Shown here: positions 1-8,095 of the stretch, in pieces
How the letters are laid out: each line of letters starts with the position of its first letter
How positions within the stretch are numbered: position 1 is the stretch's first letter
NCBI GenBank assembly: GCA_047638595.1
Contig: JBLIMJ010000004.1
Location: 1 to 52,948, forward strand
Source: Acidimicrobiales bacterium
GTDB taxonomy: Bacteria; Patescibacteriota; Minisyncoccia; Phycocordibacterales; UBA918
Direction: 5' to 3'
DNA length: 52,948 nucleotides
The notes under the pieces: model-generated
Database searches by the model: none
Seen by the model: only the letters and a program-made list of their open reading frames with translations
Told to the model about the DNA's origin: nothing
Translations under genes and position numbers: made by a program

Positions 1-225
1 TGCCCTCAAAATGCACCTCTTGTTCATCTTTCATATTCACAAGTATAACAGACTGTTTTAAACTCGCTTTTTGTAATGAGTAATGGTATTATTTGGCACG
101 CGAAACGGGTTGGCTGGGGGGGGGTTATTGGAACCTTGGCAACTATCACAACTTCGTGTGACCGCCTGTCTCGGCTAAAGCCTTGTGTCAGCGGTCAAAC
201 GAAAATTTGAAACACTTCAAATTTT

Positions 226-296
226 CGGGGTATAGCATAATGGTAGTGTACGCGCTTTGGGAGTGTGTGGCCCCAGTTCGATTCTGGGTATCCCGA
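226..296 (+). tRNA. tRNA-Pro (anticodon UGG), no encoded CCA
   Basis: Hand-folded cloverleaf. Acceptor CGGGGTA/TATCCCG, anticodon stem CGCGC/GTGTG with loop TTTGGGA, T arm CCCAG-TTCGATT-CTGGG, discriminator A. Confidence 0.85.
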
Positions 297-342
297 CAAA
301 TACAAAAACAACACCTTCGGGTGTTGTTTTTGTATTTGTCGG
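293..342 (+). terminator. 23-bp perfect hairpin (loop TTCG) starting inside the tRNA-Pro acceptor 3' strand
   Basis: ccgacaaatacaaaaacaacacc / ggtgttgtttttgtatttgtcgg are exact reverse complements. The 5' arm overlaps the last 4 nt of the tRNA. Confidence 0.6.
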
Positions 343-475
343 TATAGAAAACGAGCCTTGAGGCACGTTTGTCCAGAATCGAAAGGCACAGCGATGTCGG
401 AGACAAGCGAGACGGGGTCGAAAGTACTTAATAGATTATGAGCAGAGCGAAATAATATATTTAGTAACTTGTGAC

Positions 476-493
476 CGATCTGGGTATCCCGAC
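476..493 (+). repeat. Second copy of the tRNA-Pro 3' end (cgatctgggtatcccgac), followed by a hairpin at 495-537
   Basis: Direct repeat of 279-297 with one T missing. No upstream tRNA body. Confidence 0.8.
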
Positions 494-618
494 TATAAAT
501 AAAACTCTTCAGCATTATGCTGAAGAGTTTTATTTATTTAGGCCTAAGAATCGAAAAGCTTTTGAGGTAGATTCGACTGAAAGGAGAATATATCCAAAAG
601 GTGTACTGAAACTGTAAG

Positions 619-640
619 TTTCGATTCTGGGTATCCCGAC
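619..640 (+). repeat. Third copy of the tRNA-Pro 3' end (tttcgattctgggtatcccgac), followed by a hairpin at 650-680
   Basis: Matches the T-loop and acceptor 3' strand of the tRNA at 277-297. No upstream tRNA body. Confidence 0.8.
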
Positions 641-682
641 CAAAATATAGAAAAGCCTCTGGTTTAACCAGAGGCTTTTCTT

Positions 683-1181
683 TTATCCTAAATTGAGCAC
701 TCCCCCATTAAGTAAGTCAAAGGCCTTAGCTAGAGTGATTATCTCTGGATCATCACCTCTTTTATTCTCTGTTATCACCTCATCAAGGTCAGAGGTAGCA
801 AACCATCCAAATTCAGAGTGATCCTCGGGATGTAAAGTTATATCCTCTAATAGTGACACGAACTTAGCGAAGTAGACCACCTCTACAGAATGAGAGCCTT
901 TTACTTCATTAATATAGGTAAATGAGGCAAAAGGGTCACCGACTGCAATATCCATCCCAGGTTCTTCTTTTATCTCACGCTTCAGCCCAGCGATAATATC
1001 CTCACCGAAGTGCACATACTCTCCAGGTATTTCATACACACAAGGTAAAAATTTTTGTACCTGCTCTCTTAGGAAGGAAAATCTTTTCAGTACCATCAAA
1101 CTTTTGATGGATTAAAGCACATGCAGTAATCACCTGCTGCCCTTGCGCGGGCACTTCACTATCATGTACCAATTTATTCAT
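683..1181 (-). pseudogene. NUDIX hydrolase with an apparent frameshift
   Basis: Nudix box GEDIIAGLKREIKEEPG lies in ORF 683-1099. A plausible N-terminus (MNKLVHDSEVPAQGQQVITACALIHQKFDGTEKIFLPKRAGT) is in another frame starting at 1181. The span is 499 nt, not a multiple of 3, and the frames switch near the a5t5 run at 1047-1057. Confidence 0.55.
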
Positions 1182-1261
1182 ATTCATATAGTACCATCAG
1201 TTCCATAAAGGACATCTTGTCCTTTATAAATAACCAGACGAGTTCTCGGATTCATCTACCC

Positions 1262-1669
1262 CTATTTTATAACGTTTTCGATAAAATTAACTGTTGCGTA
1301 CATCTCATCGGGGACCATACGCACCGCGATTACATCAATCACGAACTCCCCTTTATAATTCTGTTCTGACAGCCATGTTTCTATTGCTTTATTGATTTGA
1401 TGAAGCTTTCGATCTGTAACTTGTTCCTCTGGTCTCCAAGCACCTGAGGTAATTGCAGCCTTCAACTTCCCTTTTGTTTCATATGAAACAGTCTTTACCT
1501 CAATAAAGTGCACACATTCATTGGAATCCTTTGCAATAATGTCTATTTCACCCCATTTACGCCAATAATTAGCTTCAATGAGGCTATAACCCTGATCAAT
1601 TATATATTGTAGGGCTATTTTTTCACCTAAATCCCCTATTTCTTTTGTAGTTTTAGCCATTTTAGCCAT
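1262..1669 (-). CDS. YraN/UPF0102-family endonuclease-like protein
   Basis: 135 aa. The pattern GEKIALQYIIDQGYSLIEANYWRKWGEIDIIAKD...HFIEVKT is typical of the family. Confidence 0.7.
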   Translation of the reverse strand: MAKMAKTTKEIGDLGEKIALQYIIDQGYSLIEANYWRKWGEIDIIAKDSNECVHFIEVKTVSYETKGKLKAAITSGAWRPEEQVTDRKLHQINKAIETWLSEQNYKGEFVIDVIAVRMVPDEMYATVNFIENVIK

Positions 1670-2062
1670 ATTTATCTATGTGTTTCATATGAAACAGCTT
1701 ATTTGTGTTTCACGTGAAACGTTTTTAGGTCATAATTATGCTGTTTTTGCTCTAAAAGCCTTATTTATAGCCTTATTGTATGAGACTATAAACTGCTAAA
1801 GTACTGTCCTTTATCCACCTATCCACTTACTTATCCACTTTTACGCTCATGATATGCTAATAACACTATACCAAAGTTTACTTATGTAGCATATGTATGG
1901 AATATGTACTCAATTCTATTATATCTGCTGAAACAAGGGATACTACGCTCCATATGTTCTACGTGGAACGTCCTATACCCTTATTTATGGTTACACATGG
2001 AACATCGTACAATTAATTGAGTGTTTCATGTGTAACTATTATTATTTGTTTCATATGAAACA
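1475..2062. promoter_or_regulatory. Array of seven parS-like 16-bp palindromes
   Basis: TGTTTCATATGAAACA at 1475, 1681 and 2047. TGTTTCACGTGAAACG at 1706. Variants TGTTCTACGTGGAACG at 1955, GGTTACACATGGAACA at 1989 and TGTTTCATGTGTAACT at 2022. Compare the canonical parS tGTTNCACGTGAAACa. Confidence 0.6.
1811..1839 (+). promoter_or_regulatory. Three same-strand DnaA-box-like 9-mers
   Basis: TTATCCACC (1811), CTATCCACT (1819) and TTATCCACT (1831). Each has 1-2 mismatches to TTATCCACA. Confidence 0.35.
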
Positions 2063-2066
2063 TAAC

Positions 2067-2092
2067 AAAACGGCACCATTTGGTGCCGTTTG
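2067..2092 (-). terminator. Hairpin terminator downstream of pta
   Basis: aaacggcacca / tggtgccgttt stem with a T-run on the minus strand. Confidence 0.6.
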
Positions 2093-2109
2093 CGGTAATG
2101 TATCGTTAA

Positions 2110-3021
2110 TTATACGATTTCAGCTTGTTTTACAGCCATTTTTACCGCATTTACAATGTCTTCTACTGAACAGCCTCGTGAGAGATCGTGTGCTGGTTTT
2201 GCAAAACCTAGGAATAGGGGACCAGTCGCTTTGAATCCACCCATACGTTCAGCAATTTTATATGCGATGTTTCCACTTTCGAGGTCTGGGAAGATGTATA
2301 TAGTTACTTTTCCTGCAACTGGGCTATTGGGAGCTTTTTTTATAGCCACATTCGGTACAAAAGCTGCATCAAACTGTAGAGGACCGTCACAGTTTAATTG
2401 ATAGGTTTCACGTGCAACAGAAACAGCTTGTGCAATCCATTCAATTGACTCATGTCCGGCGTTTCCAATCGTTTGAAAGGATAGAAAGCCTACTTTTGGG
2501 TCAATTGCTAGGGTTTTTGCAAATTCTGAACTCAGGTACGCTGTTTCAGCTAGTTGCTCTACATTTGAGGTAGGATTTAGACCACAATCTGCGAAGATAT
2601 AACGCTGACCATTCTTCTCCATAAGAAAACAGCTGGTTACACGGGAAACACCTTGTCGTGTGCCAATAGTCTTTGCATATACACGAAATACATCCGGAGT
2701 GGTAGCAACTGCGCCACCAACAATACCCTGCGCGAAGTCATCCCGTACCAGTGCAGCGCCTTGTGCGAGTGCAATATCAGTAACAGGGAAGGTTTTTCCT
2801 TTTGCTTCAGCTGCTGCTTGAAGTGCTTCCAACTCGGCTGCATCTGGCTCCAAAACTGTATATTCACCAGTATCGCCAAGGAATTCACAAATAGTCTCCT
2901 TATTACCAATAAGAATAGGGTGACAAATACGTTCTATTATAAGGGTTTTTGCAGCAAGCAATACCCGTTCGTCAGATCCTTCAGGGAGGACTATTTTTAG
3001 CTTATCCATATTGAACTCCAT
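2110..3021 (-). CDS. pta: Phosphate acetyltransferase (PTA_PTB family, short form)
   Basis: 303 aa. N-terminus KIVLPEGSDERVLLAAKTL...HPILIGN and C-terminus HDLSRGCSVEDIVNAV are typical Pta motifs. Confidence 0.7.
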   Translation of the reverse strand: MEFNMDKLKIVLPEGSDERVLLAAKTLIIERICHPILIGNKETICEFLGDTGEYTVLEPDAAELEALQAAAEAKGKTFPVTDIALAQGAALVRDDFAQGIVGGAVATTPDVFRVYAKTIGTRQGVSRVTSCFLMEKNGQRYIFADCGLNPTSNVEQLAETAYLSSEFAKTLAIDPKVGFLSFQTIGNAGHESIEWIAQAVSVARETYQLNCDGPLQFDAAFVPNVAIKKAPNSPVAGKVTIYIFPDLESGNIAYKIAERMGGFKATGPLFLGFAKPAHDLSRGCSVEDIVNAVKMAVKQAEIV

Positions 3022-3439
3022 GTGTTAATTAACTTGTCTGCTTAATAGTACCAGACTAACATGGTGAGAGTTACAAGTATAGCATCTATGCTATGTAGGT
3101 GGAGTAATTGAAGGGAAGTGAGGTGGTATCATGAGGGGATGAAAAAAAGAATTATTGGAGTTATGGAATCGCTTGAAACAAACCTCGTGCATACTGCCGA
3201 TTCTGTTGTTGAGGCAGTGAAAAAGGTAGGTATGTTGTTATAGAGAATATCTCCTTACTAAAGTAAGTGAGCAATTAAATATAAAGTTTACTTTTATTTA
3301 AGTTGTGAGTGAAGGTTTAGAAAACTTGTTTACAGGGGCAGTACACCTTTTGGCGATATTGATTCCTTACAGGAACTGTCCACTCATTGAACTGAGGTCA
3401 CAATGAGTCTTGCAAAGTGATTCATATCACTTCTCACGC

Positions 3440-3727
3440 TTCGCTTTCAATATCACTCAAAAGCTCTTCGATTCTCGCGTAAACAGTCCCCCGGACTGTT
3501 TACTTTTGGCCGCACACATATAAAAACCGCCCGGAGAGGGGAGTTTTTATATGTGTGCGGCCAGAGAGAATCGAACATTACATGTTCAGTACCCGTTTGT
3601 GGATATTTCTTGTCGCTTCGCTCTAGAAATATCTCACAAAGGCTTCGATTCGCGTTACGCTTTGTATGCACAAAGCTACGCCTCTGGCCGCACCACGCAA
3701 AAACCGCCCGGAGGCGGTTTTTTTTCG
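3440..3727. repeat. Two diverged ~135-bp modules, each ending in the tRNA-Gly 3' end and a long hairpin
   Basis: 21-nt tgcggccagagagaatcgaac at 3556-3576 is identical to 3731-3751 inside the tRNA. A 20-bp perfect hairpin spans 3508-3562 and a second hairpin spans 3686-3737. The modules also share atatc(a/t)c..caaa.gc.ttcgattc and aaaaaccgcccggag. Confidence 0.75.
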
Positions 3728-3801
3728 TGGTGCGGCCAGAGAGAATCGAACTCTCATCTTATCGTTGGCAACGATATGTTCTACCACTTAACTATGGCCG
3801 C
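3728..3801 (-). tRNA. tRNA-Gly (anticodon GCC), CCA encoded
   Basis: Minus-strand sense is GCGGCCATAGTTAAGTGGTAGAACATATCGTTGCCAACGATAAGATGAGAGTTCGATTCTCTCTGGCCGCACCA. Anticodon loop is TTGCCAA. Confidence 0.85.
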
Positions 3802-3802
3802 A

Positions 3803-4474
3803 TTATTTACTTTTTAGCTCTTCTGAAGCAAGTTCAATCCATCGATTAAGCTTACACTTCAGAACAGTGCTCCCGATTATAATATTTCCTGTGCCATGAT
3901 GCAATGTTTTCTTTAATGTATTTTGTTGGATAAATTGAGTCTTTCCAAAATAGTTAATTGAGAGTGCAATCTGTCGTGACCACCATTTCATTTCGATTTC
4001 TTCTTTCATGTCTTTGTAGAGAAGAATCCAAAAAGAAAGCTGTTTATTTTCAACACCAATATACTCTTTGAGGAAGCGTAGGAAGATAGCGTGAGCGTCC
4101 TTATTTTGCGTTGTTAGACGAATTCGTGACGAATCTGTTATATCACCATGACTAAGATAGAGCATTAACCCAGCGACAAAAAGTGGGTTGCTTTTGTAGT
4201 GCTTATACTCAGTCTCCGCGGAGTGTACTGCTTCACTATAACGAGCTTTACGCTCTGCTGCTCTGGCCTTATTGACTAAACTAATACGCTTTACATTATC
4301 GCGCGCAGCCCGATCTGCATTATCCTGTGCGACCCGTTTAGAAAAAGCTTTCTTTGACAGCCAATTACTTGCTGTACTTTTAGAAATCCCTACTATTTTA
4401 GCTATCTCTGAATAGGTGAAGCCCCGCTTACGGAATTCCACTGCCTGTTTATATTTTTCCTCATCTCGTATCAT
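3803..4474 (-). CDS. HTH-domain protein of unknown function, abutting tRNA-Gly
   Basis: N-terminal HTH (RKRGFTYSEIAKIVGISKSTASNWL). The C-terminal region VAGLMLYLSHGD...FLRFLKEY...WWSRQI resembles from memory a family common in CPR genomes, possibly endonuclease-like. Confidence 0.4.
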   Translation of the reverse strand: MIRDEEKYKQAVEFRKRGFTYSEIAKIVGISKSTASNWLSKKAFSKRVAQDNADRAARDNVKRISLVNKARAAERKARYSEAVHSAETEYKHYKSNPLFVAGLMLYLSHGDITDSSRIRLTTQNKDAHAIFLRFLKEYIGVENKQLSFWILLYKDMKEEIEMKWWSRQIALSINYFGKTQFIQQNTLKKTLHHGTGNIIIGSTVLKCKLNRWIELASEELKSK

Positions 4475-4534
4475 AGAGTGTGTATATTATATATGATTAC
4501 AAGTGTTCATAATGAAGATATACACAAAGCCTGG

Positions 4535-4909
4535 CTATGTAGCCAGGCTTTTTGGATTTAAGCGAACGAAATAGCTCGGTCTTGGGGCAATTGGTGTAAA
4601 ACCATGTCGATCCCAGAAAGATCTGTTCCTTTCGGATGTGTGTGCGGCCAGGGTTTTTTTGTATCCACACTGATCTGCATACTCAAGTAAGTGCTCTAAA
4701 GCGACTGATCCACATCCTCCACTTCGACACTCCTTGGGTTCTGTATGCATGTTGGTAATCACCAATGTTTCATGACCCTTGTTATCTGAAAAAAGCGCAT
4801 ATATGGTACTCATTGCCGTTTCTTCTTGGTAGGCAAGTATATATCCATTATCCTCTTCTGGATCAGGTTTAACCGTAAAAAATTGTTCTAAATTTGTAAT
4901 TTCGTTCAC
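4535..4909 (-). CDS. GNAT-family N-acetyltransferase-like protein
   Basis: 124 aa. GGCGSVALEHLLEYADQCGYKK...SFWDRHGF resembles the acetyl-CoA binding core. Confidence 0.5.
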   Translation of the reverse strand: MNEITNLEQFFTVKPDPEEDNGYILAYQEETAMSTIYALFSDNKGHETLVITNMHTEPKECRSGGCGSVALEHLLEYADQCGYKKTLAAHTSERNRSFWDRHGFTPIAPRPSYFVRLNPKSLAT

Positions 4910-5001
4910 TAGGTTCTCCTTTTATTTACTACTCTGAGAGAAAGATACCATCTACAAGAACAAAAATATACCCACCGTTTATAACAAGAAAACTAGGATT
5001 A

Positions 5002-5628
5002 CTATCGTGTGCCATGCACCCACACAAACATCGTGCTACCAATAAATATACAAGGAACTGCATACCAAAACATATCCAACTCGCTGAGATGCAATGCGAG
5101 CACTAACGAGCTGATACCAATCCCAAGCTCGCTTACACTTCGCGCAGTGGGGGTACACCAATAGTTCTGTAGCCATGGGTGGTGATCGGAAGGTACTTGA
5201 TCGTAAAAACCAAACCAAGAAAATGCTCTTGCTGAAAACGGCCATAGCCACGCAATACCTGTGGCTTTAGAGACCCAGCCTGTATCGTGCAGATAGTGAT
5301 AAATCAGACAAATAACGGCAATAACACACCATGTTGTAGTACCAAATACGTATAGTAGCCCTCCAACAACAACTAATACTAATGCAGGTCGATGCCAAAG
5401 CGTCTGATGGTGGTCAAATGTTACCTCCTTACCCATAAGGATATGTGGTAACACATCAAAATCAGGTAATAACGCGAAAATACCGCCAAGTAGCAACGTT
5501 ATAGGGGTAATTGTACTATCAAAAGCCAGACTTATGACCACTGCAATCAACGCACCCACACCAAAATCCATCACGGCCGCCAGACCGTTGGCTAAGAATA
5601 GAATTTTGTTGTTAGATATTATGTGCAT
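5002..5628 (-). CDS. Membrane-bound metal-dependent hydrolase-like protein (YdjM/DUF457-like)
   Basis: Polytopic protein with conserved-looking LLPDFD and H-rich motifs (DHHQTLWHRP, YHYLHD). Start moved to the internal ATG (MHIISNN). Confidence 0.45.
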   Translation of the reverse strand: MHIISNNKILFLANGLAAVMDFGVGALIAVVISLAFDSTITPITLLLGGIFALLPDFDVLPHILMGKEVTFDHHQTLWHRPALVLVVVGGLLYVFGTTTWCVIAVICLIYHYLHDTGWVSKATGIAWLWPFSARAFSWFGFYDQVPSDHHPWLQNYWCTPTARSVSELGIGISSLVLALHLSELDMFWYAVPCIFIGSTMFVWVHGTR

Positions 5629-6108
5629 ACATACTTTTGTTCTACGAGTACAGGAAGATGTAAGAAAGGTTGCTTTATTCAAGTTTTCTGATGAGGTTAC
5701 CAAATACTAATGGCGAACTTAAGAAAAAGAAACTGCAGGAGGTGAAGGGGAGATACGATACGCACGACACAGAGTTACTTAAGAGTAAGCTTGGTGCATT
5801 CAAGCCGGGAGGGAGGGGCAGTGGTTACTTAGGGACACTCCAGAATGGGCAAGCGTGCGAGAACTTTGTTTCTATCACTTCTCTATAACTGACCCAAACG
5901 AAGCTCTGAAGCAAAACGTTATAAAGAGGCATATTACTGGAGATAGAGACAAAAACAACGCCGAAGCATTTTACGAATCCAGTGACCTTGTAAATACTAA
6001 AGAGATACAGGAAAATAGTGTAAAAGCAAACGAAGCGTTGTTGTTTTATGAAGATATAAACAAATCTCGCAGATAGTTGTACGAGATATGTTTAAATTAC
6101 GCTCCTTA

Positions 6109-6309
6109 TTAATTTTTGTTCAACTTAAGTACGCCAATCAATACAGCTGCGACAGCAGCAACGATTGCAACAAGACTGAGCACTTTTACTACAGTTTCTT
6201 TAGTTTCCTCAACTGAAACTAAATCAAGCACTAACATAACTCCAAGTAAACCAGCAATAAGTACTAGAAATACCAAAGTAATCACCAATAAATGTTTAAA
6301 TTGTTCCAT
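6109..6309 (-). CDS. Small two-helix membrane protein
   Basis: 66 aa with two hydrophobic helices. No family recognised. Confidence 0.4.
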   Translation of the reverse strand: MEQFKHLLVITLVFLVLIAGLLGVMLVLDLVSVEETKETVVKVLSLVAIVAAVAAVLIGVLKLNKN

Positions 6310-6413
6310 ATACTTCTAGTATAACCCACAACTCAGTATTTACGAGCACGTAAAAGAGCATTGGATAATTATAGAAAAACAGGCACGTCCCTCGGGACGT
6401 TCCTGTTTTCTCA

Positions 6414-6782
6414 TTAAGAATCTTCATCTATCATCTCACCGACAATATAGATGGCTCCTTCCGGGCCTGCTGTTACTGTATGTGGTGTATTTGGTGGTAC
6501 ATCAAAACGCTTATTTTGATGTACTTCTTTTCTTTTTTTCTTACAGAAACTGTTCTGGTTGTCGCCTTCTTCTGAAGAAGACGGCTGGCAACCCCTTGCG
6601 TCAGTTCCCCGGACTGACTCACAAGAGAAATCAAAGGTGAGTGACCCATCGGTAATATAGACACTCACCTTATCAACATGGGAGTGTTCTTTATGAATAG
6701 CGCCAGGTCTATCCTGAGCTTCATAGACGTAGGTAAAACCTTCTGATTCCAGGGTGCGGATATAGCGTTCTGAGAGTTCCAT
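6414..6782 (-). CDS. Cupin-domain protein
   Basis: HKEHSHVDKVSVYITDGSL...FDVPPNTPHTV is a cupin-like metal motif. A hairpin terminator lies at 6375-6410. Confidence 0.5.
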   Translation of the reverse strand: MELSERYIRTLESEGFTYVYEAQDRPGAIHKEHSHVDKVSVYITDGSLTFDFSCESVRGTDARGCQPSSSEEGDNQNSFCKKKRKEVHQNKRFDVPPNTPHTVTAGPEGAIYIVGEMIDEDS

Positions 6783-6936
6783 AGTTTTGTTATTAACTGC
6801 TACTAATAATACTACACATAATTAAAAAATGACTATCCTCAATAGGTGCATTTTACGTAATCTATAGTATAGTTCAAACAGAAAAAAGCTTAAGGGAAGT
6901 TCGATACTGACATGCAAAAAAGAAGGGAGACAAGAC

Positions 6937-7398
6937 ATGAAAGCACTATTTATTATAGCCACTGTTCTTTTCACTACACAGACAGCATCAGCCCAGGAGG
7001 AGGTAACAGAACCCATACGCAAACCTGCCTATGTTGAGTGTTATGGTATTTTTTCCATCTTTGATTTAGTGTGTCAAAAATATTGGGAGGATATATATGA
7101 ATGGGAAGAGTCCTTGATAGCCCAACAACCATTCAGACGTGCAACAGCGAAATTAAGCGGGGCGCTACCCAGCGGTTGCGTAGGCCGCGATAAAACACTT
7201 GAATCAGCAAACAATTACCAAACTCGGTTGTCAATAAATTCATGCTTAAATGGAGGCGGGAATGACTCACCTGCACCTGCACCTGCTCCTGCACCTGCAC
7301 CTGCACCTGCTCCTGCACCTGCTCCTGCACCTGCTCCTGCACCTGCTCCTGCTCCTGGACCTGCTCCTGGACCTGGACCTGGACCTGATCCTGGATGA
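6937..7398 (+). CDS. Secreted protein with a C-terminal (Ala-Pro)n/(Gly-Pro)n tail
   Basis: Signal peptide MKALFIIATVLFTTQTASA. The C-terminus is about 20 AP dipeptides followed by GP dipeptides. A hairpin terminator lies at 7423-7450. Confidence 0.6.
   Translation: MKALFIIATVLFTTQTASAQEEVTEPIRKPAYVECYGIFSIFDLVCQKYWEDIYEWEESLIAQQPFRRATAKLSGALPSGCVGRDKTLESANNYQTRLSINSCLNGGGNDSPAPAPAPAPAPAPAPAPAPAPAPAPAPAPGPAPGPGPGPDPG
7270..7395 (+). repeat. Hexanucleotide tandem repeat (cctgca/cctgct/cctgga)
   Basis: About 21 consecutive 6-nt units encode the AP/GP tail. Confidence 0.9.
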
Positions 7399-7970
7399 GA
7401 ATTTAAAGCATTATCCCCCGCGAGTTTGCGGGGGATTTATATAGTGTATTGTAACGAATACACAATAATTTATATATACAAAAGCGCCAAATTAGTCTCC
7501 AGAGCAACGTGACGATATGTTTATACTTATCATCAGTTCATTTGTCTTTGTACTAAAAAGTGATATATTCACCGACACTATTTTCCGGCTATACCTAGTG
7601 CAACTAATGTTGGATTGCATTCGACGACGTCATACTCAATCCAGTACGTAGTATTTGCTCGATCTTTCTATAAAGCCAGGAGAGGATTTGATTCGAATTT
7701 TTGCATGTAGCGTTCTGAGAGTTTTATGGTTAGATTCATATTTTCTCTAATAATTCTATTTTTTCTCCTCCTCGAATAGTGTTTCTATCAAGCTACTCAT
7801 TGCTTCTTTAGCAATCCTAGCCTCAGATTCATCTGGATATGCTATCAATTCAATAACACCAGAGCAGGTAGTAGAGATGAAGATGCTCGAAGAGAAATTC
7901 TCACCTGAGAAGTTAATTCATCGGGAGACGAAGTGGCATTATTCCCGAGACTGGGGAAAGTACTCATAAG

Positions 7971-8007
7971 CACCCATCAGGAATCTCGGTCATTACATGA
8001 CCAGTCC
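7971..8007. repeat. Outermost degenerate copy of the tRNA-Arg 3' end plus flank
   Basis: cacccatcaggaatctcggtcattacatgaccagt matches cacccaccaggaatctcggtcattacatgaccagt at 8185-8220. Confidence 0.75.
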
Positions 8008-8095
8008 GTCTTACAGACGCTGTTAAGGTTATCAGTATTTCTCATCCTTCAAAATACTAGTTAACCTTCTACAACAGTCTCCCAGACTATTGTAG

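Noticed and set aside
188-515. Track ORFs overlapping tRNA loci: 188-406 and 195-515 (tRNA-Pro), 3453-3849 set (tRNA-Gly), 8100-8291 (tRNA-Arg repeats).
   Set aside because: They run through tRNA genes, hairpins and repeats and have no coding features.
5670-6076. ORFs 5670-5888 and 5855-6076 in the spacer between the DUF457-like gene and the small membrane protein.
   Set aside because: There is no RBS or motifs and the composition is odd. The evidence is insufficient to call genes.
6520-6640. About 40-aa Cys/Lys-rich segment (SCESVRGTDARGCQPSSSEEGDNQNSFCKKKRKEVHQNKR) in the middle of the cupin ORF, possibly an in-frame insertion.
   Set aside because: An insertion cannot be distinguished from a lineage-specific loop without an alignment to homologs. 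No flanking repeats were seen.
7133-7444. ORFs 7133-7342(-) and 7250-7444(+), encoding Q/E/V-rich and L/H-rich products.
   Set aside because: They are alternative readings of the hexanucleotide AP repeat. The signal-peptide-bearing frame 6937-7398 is the credible one.
7690-7740. Short minus-strand stretch (MNLTIKLSERYMQKFESNPLLAL*) sharing aactctcagaacgcta with the cupin gene start at 6755-6782.
   Set aside because: The match is only 16 nt and 5 aa. It is probably a small paralog remnant, too short to support a feature.
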